Below are positions 1-12,735 of a stretch of DNA of 64,000 nucleotides, piece by piece. The position numbers were made by a program, and so were the translations under genes. Source of the DNA: Heptranchias perlo (taxonomy: Eukaryota); NCBI RefSeq assembly GCF_035084215.1, contig NW_027139442.1:11098001-11162000 (forward strand), given 5' to 3'. Each line of letters starts with the position of its first letter. Within the stretch, counting starts at the first letter, position 1. Under the pieces are notes generated by a model, which was not told the origin of the DNA, searched no databases, and saw only the letters and a program-made list of their open reading frames with translations.

Positions 1-1085
1 AGAAGTTTCTCCTGGCTATGATCAGATAGGTGAATGGAACCAAGTGAGGGTAGTCCCACCAAAAGAGGTCAGTGATCGATGAATGAGGAGGTCACGGATG
101 GGTTTACTGTAAGTGTAAAGGAGAAGGCGGAGATTGGGAGTGGTCGGCCATGGAGGGATTTAAACCACAGGAAGAACATTTTAAATATTAGGCGATGGGG
201 AATTGGGCGTCAGTGAGTGTCAGTGAGGCCGAACAGGACCTGGTGCCGGTTGGAAGGGAGACGTTGGGTGGTCGACCAGGAGTTTATTTAAGGAATGGAG
301 TCTGGAGGGGACAGAGGCATTGATGAGGGTTCCAATGGCAATGGGGTGAGGAAGGAATGGAGGCGAGTGAGGGAAGCACGAGGTCTTTGAGATGGAGATC
401 AAATTGGGTCATGAGCTCAGCTCGGGGTTACACGCGAGCAATTTTACTGAAGCCGTCAAACAGTGTAGAATAAATGGGTAAACATCTGCAGAAAAAAACG
501 GAGAGGTGAATGGCAATGAAGCTCGTTCAGTGTCCGACCCCTGATATCACACACAGTCATTTCTCGGCTGCAATCCTCAACGTGGCATTTAACTGTCCCC
601 GTGTCAGAGACACAAAATTCATATTAAAACTGGGAAACTGCAGGAACAGAGTGAAACGGGTTTGCTTGCGTCCCTGGATTCAATGCACAATGTGGAGAAA
701 TCTGTAACATTGATAAATGAATCGGCAGGAGAGAACAAGGTCAATACAATTATATGAAAACTGTAAATGAAGCCGCTCATTGTTGTTGGACCAGTCCTTT
801 CTGAGCACAGCTTTTAACTTTATTCCTGAGAGAGGTCTCATTAAGACAAGGTTCTGAACTTTGAGATGTTTGTGATATATCCATGTCATTATTTACATTG
901 GAGAAAAAGCTGCTGATGTAATGTGTTTGTTCAGGTGACTGTAACTAATAGCAATGATCAGGGGTCTTACCGTGTCAGTGGAGATTTATCCCCTGTATAA
1001 ATCAGGCTTGTTGCAATGTATCGGCGCAGAGTTCCTGCCGGAGCTGCGGTTTTCAGTTCAACAGAAATCGCTGCTTCTCACAGGA

Positions 1086-1155
1086 ATGGGATATCCAGTG
1101 ATGTATCAGATAGAACGCATTTACTATCCTGCTCTTGCAGTCATTGGAGTTCCGG
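1086..1155 (+). CDS. GPR139-like orphan class A GPCR, exon 1 (MGYPVMYQIERIYYPALAVIGVP)
   Basis: ATG at 1086, TATAAA at ~996, donor G|GTAAG at 1155/1156 (phase 1); encodes the first half of TM1 and joins exon 2 in frame (G+TT=Val, giving ...IGVPVNLVAIVIL). Confidence 0.85.
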
Positions 1156-1244
1156 GTAAGCCGTTAACTCATCTGTGAATAATGTAAATCGGTGTTAACT
1201 GTGCTGCTGTACTTGGCAAATTATTTTTCTCCCACCATATTTTA

Positions 1245-1640
1245 CGCAGCCAGCCGTTATCTTATATCAGTTGAATGATGGAATGTTTAAAGTCTCTGCT
1301 CTTTCGGTCTAGTAGGAGCTGCATTATATCGGTAATGAACTTTGTCTATCCAACCCTGGCACGGTTACTCGACTGTCCTTTGTACTGTTGAATAATGGTG
1401 TGTCCTTAACTTCAAAACGTCCAGTCTTGTAGCAGCTGCATTATATCTGTTATTATCTTTACATATCCAACACAAGCATTGTTACTGGATTGTTCTCTGC
1501 ACTGAATTTATTGTGGAATAATGGTCTATCCTTCGGTCCTGCAGCAATTGCCTTATTTCTGCCGTGAACATTGTTTATCCAACCCTGGCATTGTTACGTG
1601 ATTATTCTCTGTACTGAATGCATTGGAATCAGGTGTGTGG
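1245..1640. repeat. Degenerate ~110-116-bp tandem repeat (about 3.5 copies) in GPCR intron
   Basis: Recurrent GCAGCTGCATTATATC...TATCCAACCCTGGCA..GTTAC...TGTACTG...GAATAATGGTG at ~1317, ~1433, ~1543. Confidence 0.6.
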
Positions 1641-1851
1641 GTTAAGAGCTGGCGTCAGACCAACAGGAACCGTAACAGTTTCATGTTGTGAAATATATTT
1701 CCATAAATGTGTTTTCAGTGATTGATAATGAGACAACTCACGATCTCAGTATTGCAAAGAAGCAGCGCAATGACCTCCCTCCACAATAACATGGTTCATT
1801 TTAACTGGGATTTCAATGTACTTATTGGTTATCACTGCTATTAAATATTTC

Positions 1852-1982
1852 AAATTCACAAGCTTTCGGAGATTTTCTCCTTCCTCAGGTAAATGTTTCA
1901 TATAAAATTGCTGGACTATAACTTGGTGTTGTAAAATTGTTTACAATTGTCAACCCCAGTCCATCACCGGCATCTCCACATC
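1852..1982 (+). mobile_element. Short Penelope-like non-autonomous insertion, copy 1 (inverted hammerhead segment plus 3' end)
   Basis: 12-bp TSD ATTAAATATTTC at 1840-1851 and 1983-1994; shares the 3' end TTGTCAACCCCAGTCCATCACCGGCATCTCCAC with copies at 39930 and 56841. Confidence 0.8.
1854..1894 (-). ncRNA. Minimal type I hammerhead ribozyme motif
   Basis: Minus strand reads AUUUAC CUGAGGA A GGAGA-AAA-UCUCC GAA AGCU U GUGAAU. Confidence 0.7.
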
Positions 1983-3835
1983 ATTAAATATTTCGTTATG
2001 TGTGTGACTGTTGCAGCTCCAGGTGTCTGTTTACTGAACTGAGTTTGTTGCTGATTCTTTCACATCTCATTCTCTGCTTCACTGAGGATGAATTCACTGT
2101 AAATTACAATGTTTTGTGGTTATGTTGTCTCAGTTTGTACTTTATCTGTTGGAATCAGGAGCCCTTCCATTTATCTGTAGATTATAAGCAGCAGCGGTGA
2201 TGTTGGCGTTTTGTTAATTGAACAATGCCGCCATCTAACGCTGTGCTTTGTAATTACAGGAGAAGGAATTTCAATTATTGTGAGGTGTGTTTGGAAGAGG
2301 AATTCGATTCTGTTTATTCCATGCATTGTTGATTAAGTGAACAGTGTAGGTGAACAGATGGAGACTTGGATGATCTGAAGAAGCCATTAAACTATCACAG
2401 AGGCTTCACCATTTAACAAACTGACACTAAGAATAGGATCGTTGGAACACGGCGCTGGTGAAAAGAAAGCAGGCGCACGAAGTTAGGATTTACTCGGATG
2501 TGAAAAGTGGCATTGAGAAAGAGAGCAGAGACAGTACGGAGAGTTGGAGAGGAGAGTTAGAGTGCGCGACTTAGATGGAAAACGAAAGGGAGGGGGAGAA
2601 GGAACGAGAGGAATAGAGAGAGACAGAGAGAGATACATAGTCAATGAGGGAGAGAGAGATCGAGCGAGACACACACACAATGGGACAAAGGGGGAGAGAG
2701 ACAGAGAGACAGCGATGTGAATAATTCACCGGAATGAATTACTGAAACTTCCAGTACAATTATGAAGAGGAAATGTGATTTGAAGGTGTTATTAGGATGT
2801 TGTCAGATTGTGAGAGTTTTATTGTACTCGGGTGTGTTTATCACTATCAGGTCCTCAGTCTGTTTATGTGAATATTCCTTTTACTTGCTTACTGACTGAA
2901 TAAATAAACAAAACTGAAATGTATTTGAAGAATAAAATCAGTGATTTCTTGATCGCATTGAATTATTAGGATGCTATATTCTAGAAGCCATGTGCCAGCT
3001 TCAAAGGACGAGGTTAATTTAATAATTGCATTTTAATTTAATTTTAATTGAATGTGCAAAGTAAATTTATTGGAAACATTGTGTAACTAACGAGCTGCTC
3101 TCTGACACAAAAACACAAAAATTAAAATTTGAATTCATTAATTTCATTCTGTTGCTGGGACCTATAGATTCGATTGCCTCTAACACTCTGCTGCAGTCTC
3201 TCCCGATGAATCCCAGCCTCTCCTCCCACTTCATTGAATTTTCTGCCTCCTTATTCATTCCTTCATTACATCCGCTTTCCAAAACCATGTGATCCTGGCT
3301 CCCCTCCAGTTCTGATGCCATTTTCCTTGTTTCCCTCCCAATCTCACTCACTGGCTCGGCCTCCAGCAGCCTCTTCCAATCCGATCCGAAGCCTCAAACT
3401 CACCGTCTTGTGCCAGCCCCTGTCGGCTCTCTTCAACCAGAGCAACAAACCAGAAGCAAATCCCCCTGTCCCCTCACCTTCCCGGCTCTCGTTCAAGTTA
3501 CCGTCCATCTGGAGACCAAATTCGGATTTAACCTGTCGGATTCACGGTCCGTAAAATCCCTTCTCCCTTCACGACCGGCTCTGCGCCCTCTCTCGTCTCT
3601 TCCAGTGGCTCCGGTGCTCACTTTATTCACTTTCTGTATTAATTTCCGAATTCATTGTTTATAATTGTGTTTGAAAACATTTATCTGTCCGAAAGCGCTG
3701 CCCAGGTGAAGGAATCAGTTCCCACCGTTTGATGCAGCAAAAAAGCTGGAAATTTTACCCTAGACCCTGTCAAACTGATGCTTTGACTCCAGGTCTGATG
3801 AGTAATTTCTCTGCTTCCGTTTCTCTCTCTTACAG

Positions 3836-4725
3836 TTAACTTGGTGGCGATTGTGATCCTGTCCCGAGGAAAGTGCGGACTCACCAAATGTATCACTCGC
3901 TACCTGGTGGGAATGGCGGCGGCCGATCTCCTGGTCGTTATCACTGATGTTATATTGAGGGCAATTGTTAGCATTTATTTCCCAGTTTCATTCTTGACCA
4001 TTACCCCCGTGTGCCGTCTCATTGTCACCCTGACTTGTTCAGCTGCAGCGGCCTCTGTCTGGTTCACAGTGGTTTTCACCTTTGATCGATTTGTGGCCAT
4101 TTCTTGTCAGAAGCTGAAAACAAAATATTGCACCGAGAAAACGGCGGCTGTTGTTATCGGGGTGGTGAGTGCGCTTAGCTGTTTACTAAACATTCCCTGG
4201 TACTTTGTGTTTGACCCGGAATATATAATGGACAATGTGACCCGGGGTTGTGTCGTGAAGCCGACCTTATTCACTTCACCCGCTTGGGCAGCTTTTGACT
4301 TGTGTAATCTTGTGTTAATGCCTTGTCTCCCATTCATTCTGATTTTGCTGTTCAATGTTCTCACTGCCAGGCACATTTTAGCGGCCAGTAGAGTCCGCAG
4401 GGGACTCCGGGGCCGCAGCAATGGAGAGAATCACAGGGATCCAGAGATGGAGAACCGAAGGAAATCCATCATTTTACTCTTCAGTGTATCAGGCAGTTTT
4501 ATATTATTATGGAGCACATTCGTTTTCTTTGTTATCTCTGTGCGTGCAACAAACGTCCAGTACTATATGGTCAGTGACATTGAGTCAGCCGCATTCATGC
4601 TTCAGCTTCTCAGTTCCTGCACCAACACATGTATTTATGCTGTGACCCAGACTAAATTCAGAGAGGAGCTGAAGAACGGGGTGAATTACCCACTGAATCT
4701 GATTGTTACATTAGTTAAATCGTAG
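3836..4725 (+). CDS. GPR139-like orphan class A GPCR, exon 2 (joined protein ~319 aa)
   Basis: Polypyrimidine tract plus TACAG acceptor ending 3835; 7TM pattern with MAAAD (TM2), FTFDRF (DRY variant), RRKS..LL (TM6 start) and NTCIY (NPxxY variant); stop TAG 4723-4725; AATAAA at ~5059. Confidence 0.88.
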
Positions 4726-6124
4726 AAACGTCTCAAGACTTTTCATCCGAAATTACATAAAAAGTCAATGAGAGTGGATTTTCCGGTTTGGCGGTGGAGT
4801 AAGTCGGCGGTAGCCGATCGTGCGCCCGTTGTTCATTGTGCCTGATTTTACTATCCATTGACATCAATGAGTTCACTAAAGTAACTGATATCAATCCAAT
4901 ACTTCAAATAAATTTGGAAATACCAGGAAGGAATTATATTTTACCCGACAAATGCGGTGTTGTGAAATGATACAAGATGTGATTCTGACATGAAATGGTT
5001 TGCTATTATTAATCTGGAAATAATATGATTTCAATATTAAATGTTTAATCCTGTAATGAATAAAATCAAATCCTCCTTTTCGGTTGATGATTATTTCCCA
5101 TCACACACACTGCCCGGTGCGATGGACTGAGGGTGAGCTGTCAGGGTCAGACAGCGTCCTGTTCATTGGGACATTTGTTTTGACCAGAACAGAATAATAA
5201 TGGACCAACACCCGGACCGTTACTAACTGGTGAAATATTAATGTAATTTCAAACTCCAGTGGGGAGTTCCGGAGATCGTTTCCTCTCTGAACTGCTGTGC
5301 AGCAATGTTTACTCACTGCAGGGCTGGGCCTGGTTACACAGATCTATAAGGAAACCTCCTGATACATTTATGAGACGATCAGGGGCCGGGAGATTTCTCA
5401 CGACAGAAGCAGGCCAAGGGAAAGCTCTCCTGCTCCTCCTTGTCCCACAAAATATGAGTTAAAAAGAAACTTCTCGGTGTTCTGGATCACTCAATGCCCA
5501 TCGAAAGGGCGGCTCCTCCATCCATTTGTGCCCAACATTAAATGGTGTCCCGTGTACGTCATCATACTCAGATTTACATATTACACGTGGCCTGACCGGA
5601 AACAGGTGGGTGTTGCTCTGGCCGCTCTTCTCATGACCCTACCCACGATGGTGGAGGCAGGAACGCCAGCGTTAAAGGGGCGGTAAGTCACCTGACACCA
5701 TTTACTAGCCTCATCCACCCCATTTCCGCCATGTGGGATACTTAAAATCGGCCACACCTTTCCTGACCTACGCTCTAGAATCAATCTTCGAAGCCCACAA
5801 GCTGGTTCATTTTCTCAAACTGCATCGGTTCATAACACGTGGAGGGAAATTTTCACCATCGCTGGGGACTGAACTGGAAGAGCGGATCACTCGCCCATTA
5901 TAGAACCGGCCGATTTTAATTTCTACTCCGTCAGTTTACCGCCCAAGCAGTGAAGGTGAAATTATCCCCAACGTCTCTGACCCCAAGGTTCGGCAGATGT
6001 GTTGAAGACATCAGACAGTGTTTGCCAAACACGAACATGAATGTGGGCTAATGGATCCGTGTATTCGGGTAAATGGTGATAATCCCCCTCTACGGAGACT
6101 GGACCCCTAAACCGTGGATTCAAA

Positions 6125-6580
6125 GCGGACTTCATCTCCAACAGCTCGGTAACACAGGACGCTGTGCTCTATGGGCATTTGTCCAAGATGCACAACGAGA
6201 TAGATATCAACTGCTGCTGGAAGACCATCAATTCGGTCATGGAGGCCCTTTGTTCCCCCGAAACCTGCTGGTCTTCCAGTCGAGGGAACTGTCCGCGGCC
6301 AATTGTTGGCCACTGGCACACTCCAAGGTCCAGTATTTCATGCTGAGGTGCACACTGAAGCGAGGTGTGGCCTACACAAAGGCTTTATGGGGAAAGGCAA
6401 CCGTGTAAGGCTATCCCACCTTGTATTGTACAGCATGTGCTAGAAGATATGTACTGTGTTTTGAATTCTAATAATGGAATCGTATGATGTGTATTGTATT
6501 TGTTTTGAATTGTAATTGCAATATTTACATTGAACTGTGTGTATCCATGAATTTTATGAAATAAAGTATATTTTAAAATA
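6125..6580 (+). mobile_element. L1/Tx1-clade LINE 3' fragment
   Basis: Frameshifted ORF2 C-terminal motifs VLYG..INCCWKTINSV..RNLLVFQ..KALWGK, followed by an AT-rich 3' UTR and AATAAA (~6560). Confidence 0.65.
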
Positions 6581-7159
6581 TTTTTTAAAAGTTCCAGTCT
6601 CACTATGTCTCTTCTTATTGGATACTGAAGAGTGGAAACAGACAGGAATCGGAAAGATGTGGGAATTTATACAAATATCATTTATTGCAGGCATCAGGTG
6701 AGAAAAAGGGAGTATTTTCTTAATGGTGAGAAAATAGGGACTGTGGAGGAGCGGGGGGGGGGGGGGGGGTTGGGTCTCCAGGTACACCAAGCAATAAAAT
6801 TAAGTGCACAAGTGTAAAAAATGAATGAAAGATTCCAATTTCTAGGCTGTCATATCCCAAGGTAGCGCTATCAGGTACTTAGCCAACTCTGTGGAATTTG
6901 CTGCTACAATCAGGCCCCACTGCCTCCCTCGCTGGTCCATTCCATACATCCAGCAACTTCTGCATTAAAAAAATTACGTTCAATCATTCTGCTCATCCAG
7001 TGCCCCAGGTAGAGAAGTCTAATGGTGGCGGGAGGACCCAGACCATTCGCCTTATGTGACTTTGGACATTTCTATTTTTAATTCAGGTTATTGAATTTGC
7101 AATTTTTTCACTTTTTTGTACATTTCTATTTTTATTTTTGAACAAATTATCCAAACCCT

Positions 7160-7560
7160 GTGCGCAGTGAGTGCTGACTCCGGGCCCTTTGACAGCTCTC
7201 ACCTCAGCCCGTCTGCGTCGTGGGCTGACTCCTCCTCTCACGTGACACGCGGTACCGTCTCTCACCTTTGCGCGCTGACATCGCGATGCGAATATGCATC
7301 TCCGGCCCGAGGGACGCCGCGCTTGCACCGCACCGTCCCTGTGCCGCGTTCCCTTAGCAACAGGCGCCTGCCGGGAGGATGATGATGGCGGCCTCGGGTC
7401 GGCTGGCGAACGGCCGCTGCTGTGGGCGGTGCGAGACCGACAGAGGGAGGGTCCTCACCTGGAAGTGGCCTGGGCCCCGGGGCCTTCGAATGGCGCAGTG
7501 AGGGCGGCCCGAGCTACAGCTCCTCCGACTTCAGGCCCGAGCGGCGTTAATGGGGTCGCA
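7160..7560 (+). promoter_or_regulatory. CpG-island, promoter-like segment
   Basis: CpG rich; TCACGTGA E-box ~7238, RFX X-box-like GTTCCCTTAGCAAC ~7348, YY1-like GATGGCGGC ~7384; duplicated at ~57870-58260. Confidence 0.45.
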
Positions 7561-7815
7561 ATCCCGGGGACGGAGAGACCGACACCCCGGGCCGGTGGGA
7601 CCGAGACCCCGGGATGGAGGGACCGCGATCCTGGTACAGCGGGGCGTCGACTCCGGGATCGAGAAACCGCGACCCCAGGGATGGAGGGACTGCGACCCGG
7701 GGATGGTGGGACCGTCACCACGGAAGGAAGGGACCGTGACCCTGGGACAGATGGACCATGACCCCAGGATGCAGGGGCCGTGACCCCGGGATGGATGGAC
7801 CGCGACCCCAGGAGG
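7555..7815. repeat. 22-bp GC-rich minisatellite (GGGACCGCGACCCCGGGACGGA)
   Basis: About 11-12 degenerate units; expanded in the paralog at 58265-58700. Confidence 0.85.
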
Positions 7816-7884
7816 GAGGTGGTCTTTGAAACCGTCCATGCTCTGTTGTGAGATCTCTGTGTGTGTCTTGTTCTGTTCGTGTTC

Positions 7885-8040
7885 TATTACATTAGCTCCC
7901 GCCATGGCAATGCATCGATTTTAAAATTCTCATCCTCGTGTTCAAGTCCCTCCATGGCCCTCACTCTCTCCCTATCTCTGTAACCTCTTCCAGCCCTACA
8001 ATTCTCATGTTCAAATCCCTCCATGACCCTAACCTCCTCC
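7885..8040 (+). mobile_element. L2-type LINE 3' fragment
   Basis: GATTTTAAAATTCTCATCCTCGTGTTCAAGTCCCTCCATGGCC encodes the DFKILILVFKSLHG C-terminal ORF2 motif typical of L2. Confidence 0.6.
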
Positions 8041-8129
8041 AACTGATTTAATCTCCACCGACAACCACAAGTCTCGCCACCCTGTCATGGATTCGACCCC
8101 TCCCATATACTTCCTCCTGCACCAATGTG

Positions 8130-8355
8130 CACACTGCTCTCGGTGCTCGGACACTCAGTCCTGTAAAGCACAATCAGTGCTGGGACATTCAATCCTGTTA
8201 TACACACACTCAGTGCTGGGACACTCAGTCCTGTTATATACAGAATCAGTGCTGGGACAGTCAGTCCTCTTATAGACATAGTCAGTGCTCGGACACTCAG
8301 TCCTGTTATACACACAGTCAGTGCTGGGACACTCAGTCCTGTTATATACAGTCAG
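8130..8355. repeat. 36-38-bp tandem repeat (CAGTGCTGGGACACTCAGTCCTGTTATAYACA...)
   Basis: About 6 copies here versus about 3 at 58865-58975. Confidence 0.85.
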
Positions 8356-8374
8356 ATAAATAAATAACTGCAAA

Positions 8375-9665
8375 AGAAGAATGAAATCTCCAGGATCTGC
8401 CGGTTTCCACCCCAGGGAATTGAAGGAAACAGGTGGGGAAATTGCAGATGCATTAGTCAGAATTTCCAAAGCTCTCCAGACTCAGGAATTGTGCGTTTGA
8501 AAATGTCACTACGTTATTTAAGAAAGGAAGGAGGGAGAAACCAGGAAAATACAGACCTGTCATTTTAACGTCGGTTGTGGGGAACTTACTTAAATCTATC
8601 ATGAGAGACAAAATGAGCTGGTTAAAGAGAGTCAACTTGGATTTGTGAAGGGCAGGTCATGTCTGACTAATTTAGTTGGATTTGTTGAGGAAACTAACAA
8701 GGTGGACATGGGAGTGTCTATGAAGGTTTTCTATATGGACTTATATAATACATTTGAAAAGGTTCAGCACAAGACATTAATAGAATAAATAAAAGGCACA
8801 AAATTGAAAGTGACTTTGTGACTTGGGTTGGAATTGGTTGGGAGGTCGGCGAAAAGAGTAGGGAGAAAGTGAATTTTCTTTGATTGGCGGGATATGACAA
8901 GTGGTGTCCCCAGGGATCTGTGCTGGGGCCTCAGCTTTTCACCATATTTATCAATAACTTGGATGAAACAATAGAGAGTTATAGGTCCAATTTCCAGATG
9001 ACACTATGTTAGGAGGCACAGTACGTCGTGTAGATCGGAGCAGGAATTTACAAGGGGAAAGTTTAAGTGAATGTGAAAACTGTGGCAGATGGAGTTCAAT
9101 GTGTGGAAGTGTGAGATCATTCAATGTGGATGCAAAAAGGAAACATTGGAGTATTTTCTTGAAGTGAGAGACTGGAAATGGTGGAGGAGCAAAGGGATTT
9201 GGGTGTCCATTTACACAAATCACTAAAGGCTAGTGCACAGATACAAAAAGCAATCACATACTAATGGCCTTTATCTTCGGGGCTGGAATACAAAGGGAAG
9301 GAAGTGATGCTTCTGTTCGACAGAGCCTTGGTCAGAGCCCATCTGGAGTACTGATCCTCACCAAGGATATATTGGCCTTGGAGGGGGGACAGTGCAGATC
9401 CACCAGAATGACACTGGGGCTTGAAGGGTTAGATTATGAGGACCGGTTGCATAAACTTGGTTTTGCATTCCCCTGAGTTTATAAGTTTGAGGGGTGATCT
9501 GAACCAGGGATTTAAAGTAATAAAGGGATTCGATAGGGTAGAAATAGAAACTACTTTCTCTAGTGGGAGAATCCAGAGCAAGAGGACATAACCTTAAATT
9601 TAGAGCTAGGGTCTCTCGGATTGAAATCATTAAGCTCTTTTTCACACAAGGATAGTGGAAACCTG
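8375..9665 (+). mobile_element. Degenerate CR1-type LINE (RT region to 3' part)
   Basis: Broken ORF2 motifs KSPG..GFHPR.LKE, GKYRPV.LTSVVG, GF.KGRSCLTNL, SGVPQGSVLGP, DLGV. Confidence 0.85.
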
Positions 9666-10090
9666 CTCAGGCTGATTGAAGTGGACACTGTGATATAATA
9701 GAATTTTCTGTCCTGTCAGACTTGGACATATTGTAGATCCACCTTTTAAAAAGGTGGAGGAGCTCAGTACGAAGATGTTTTCCACTCACGTCGTCATAAG
9801 TCCTCGAACTGTCTTTTATCGTCGAGATATGAAGGTCTATAGACACTGTGTTTAAAAGAAAGCTGATTTATTTGAAACTTGTACAGAATACTAAACTCCA
9901 GCCCAGTTAAAGGGGGTCATTAACATCAGAAACAAACTGCAACTGTCAGAATGAACGTGGTTTAGTCCTAGATACAGCAATAACAGCAGAATCCATCTCC
10001 TGCAGTCACATGTGAACTCGCTGGTGACTCAGCAGGTGGGATGACTGAGTGAATCCCATCCCACACACGGAACAGGTGATCGGCCTCTCC

Positions 10091-10933
10091 TCAATGTGAA
10101 TTACGTTCATGTCTCATCAGATCCCATGTTCTTTTAAAGCTCTTCTCACAGTTAGAACATTTAAAGTGTCTCTTATCAGTGTGAACAAGTCGATGTTCAA
10201 TGTGGCTGGATGAACAAGTGAATTCCTTCCCACACACAGAGCAGGTGAATGGCCTCTCCCCAGTGTGAACTCGTTGGTGTGTCAGCAGGGTGGAAGACTG
10301 AGTGAAGCTCTTCCCACACACGGAGCAGGTGAACGGCCTCTCCCCACTGTGGACTCGCTGGTGTGTCAGCAGGGTGGATGACTGAGCGAATCCCTTCCCG
10401 CACAGGGAGCAGATGAACGGCCTCTCCTTGATGTGAACTTGCTGATGTCTCAGGAGGTGGAATGATCGAGTGAATCGCTTCCCACAAACAGAGCAGGTGA
10501 ACGGCCTCTCCCCAGTGTGGACTCGCTGGTGTGTCAGTCGGCTGGATGACCGAGTGAATCCCTTCCCACACACGGAGCAGGTGAACGGCCTCTCCCAAGT
10601 GTGAGTGCGTTGGTGTGTCAGCAGATCACTTTTTCTTTTAAAGCTCTTCTCACAGACAGAACATTTAAAAAGACACTTATCAGTGTGAACAAGTTGATGT
10701 TCAATGACGTGGGAAGATTGAGTGAATCCGCTCCCACACATGGAGCAGTTGAACGGCCTCACCCCAGTGTGAATTCGCTGGTGTGTCAGCAGGTTGGATG
10801 ACTGAATGAATCCCTTCCCACACGCGGAGCAGGTGAACGGCCTCTCCCCAGTGTGTCTGTGTCGATGAGTTTCCAGCCGGGACGAGTAACTGAATCCCCT
10901 CCCACAGTCCCCACATTTCCACGGTTTCACCAT
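10091..10933 (-). CDS. C2H2 zinc-finger protein (10 fingers in frame; 11th lost by frameshift); possibly a pseudogene
   Basis: 280-aa ORF of CxxC..H..H fingers with TGERP linkers; a 1-nt insertion near 10101 relative to the paralog truncates the last finger; upstream exon part and splice acceptor are deleted relative to copy 2. Confidence 0.8.
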   Translation of the reverse strand: MVKPWKCGDCGRGFSYSSRLETHRHRHTGERPFTCSACGKGFIQSSNLLTHQRIHTGVRPFNCSMCGSGFTQSSHVIEHQLVHTDKCLFKCSVCEKSFKRKSDLLTHQRTHTWERPFTCSVCGKGFTRSSSRLTHQRVHTGERPFTCSVCGKRFTRSFHLLRHQQVHIKERPFICSLCGKGFAQSSTLLTHQRVHSGERPFTCSVCGKSFTQSSTLLTHQRVHTGERPFTCSVCGKEFTCSSSHIEHRLVHTDKRHFKCSNCEKSFKRTWDLMRHERNSH

Positions 10934-11119
10934 GGTGCGGGCGTCCTCGTGTCTCTCCAGGTTGGACGTTCAGTGGAAGTCTCGTTTGCACAGAGAAAAT
11001 TTGTCTGGTTTCCCCCAGACTGTAAATCCCCGTCCCACACAATTGCCCGCCTCCCTCTGCTGAAACCCAAACCCATCGCACCACTTCCAACAATTTTCCT
11101 TCTATTTAATTTTTCTCTC

Positions 11120-11375
11120 TTGAAGATTCCGACTCGGACTAGGTTCAGTTCTACCCTTACTGGTTCCCTTCCCTCTCCTCCCCTGAAGGTGCTGGCTCTG
11201 ACTAGGTTCAGTTCTACACTCACTGGTCCCACACCCTCTCTTCGCCTGAAGGTGCTGACTCTGGCTGGGTTCAGTTCCAAACTCACTCGTTCCGCTCCCT
11301 CTCCTCCCTTGAAGGTGCTGACACTGGTTGGATTCAGTTCTGCACTCTCTGGTTCCCCTCTCCTCTCCTGAGAAG
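11120..11375. repeat. 63-bp tandem repeat (about 4 copies)
   Basis: (C/T)TGAAGGTGCTG recurs at ~11183, 11246, 11309; about 3 copies at 62300-62490. Confidence 0.8.
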
Positions 11376-11477
11376 CTCACTCTTGCTGTGTGTCTGTGGT
11401 CTGGCCCTCATTTCGACACTATTTCCCTCCCTCTTGCAGTCCATCTGTAATATCTCCCAAAATTGGCGACGGAATCT

Positions 11478-12735
11478 CCCTGACCAGTCACCATTTCTCC
11501 TTCATTTAAAGACTATCCCTGACCTATCACATTGTCTCCTTAATTTGTAGGCTTTCCCTGTACAGTCACCGTTTCACCTTCATTTACAGACACTCCCGGA
11601 CTAAACACAATTTCTCCTACATTTATAGACGCTCCCTGACCCTTCGCCATTTCTCCTTCATTTACAAACTCTCTCTGACCAGTCATAATTTCCTTCATTA
11701 ATAGACGCTCCCTGACCCATCACTATTTCATCTTCATTAATGGACATTACCTGAACCTGTCAACATTTCTCCTGCATTCACAGACACTCCCGGACCAATC
11801 ACCGTTCCTCCTTCATTTATGGACACTCCTTGACCAGTTACCATTTCTCCTTCATTTACAGACACTCCCAGAACAAACACCATTTCTCCTTCATTAACAA
11901 ACGCTGCCTGACAAGTCACCATTTCTCCATCATTTAATGACTCTGCCTGAACTGTCACCATTTATCCGTCCTTTATAGATACTCCTAACCCGTCACGGTT
12001 TCTCCTTCATTTATAGACACTCCCTGACCTGTCACGATGTCCTCTCCCATTTATAGATACTCCCTTACCAGACGCCATTTCACCTGCATTTATAAACACT
12101 CCCTGACCCGTCACTATTCCTCCTTCATTTATAGACACGCCCTGACCCGTCCCCATTTCTCTTTCATTTATAGACACTCCCTGACCCTTCACCGTTTCTC
12201 CTACATAAATAGACACTCCCTCACCCGGCACCATTTATCCTTCATTTAGAGACAATCCCTGTCCAGTCACCATTTATCCTTAATTTACAGACACTCCCAA
12301 AGCAGTCAGCATTTCTCCTTCATTTACAGACACTCCCTGATCGACCCCATTCCTCCTTCATTTATAGACACTCCCTGACCTGTCGCAATTTCTCCTTCAT
12401 TTACAGACACTCCATGAGCAGTCACCATTTATTCTTCACTTACGGACACTCCATGACCAGTCAGCATTTCTCCTTCATTTAGAGAAATTTCCTGACCAAT
12501 CACCATTTCTCCTTCATTTACAGACGGTCCCTAACCGTCCCCATTTCTGCTTCATTTAAAGACACTTCCTGACCAATCACCATTTCTCTTTCATTGACAG
12601 ACGCTCCCTGACCGTCTCCGTTTCTACTTTATTTAAAGACACTCCCTGACCTGTCACATTACTCCTTCAATTACAGACACTCCCTGACCGGTTATCATTT
12701 CTGCTTCATTTACAGACACTCCCTGGCCAGTCACC
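11478..12735. repeat. 39-bp tandem array (CATTTCTCCTTCATTTACAGACACTCCCTGACCAGTCAC) in the ZNF intron
   Basis: About 30 units; yields spurious 13-aa GVSVNEGEMVTGQ ORFs. Confidence 0.92.
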
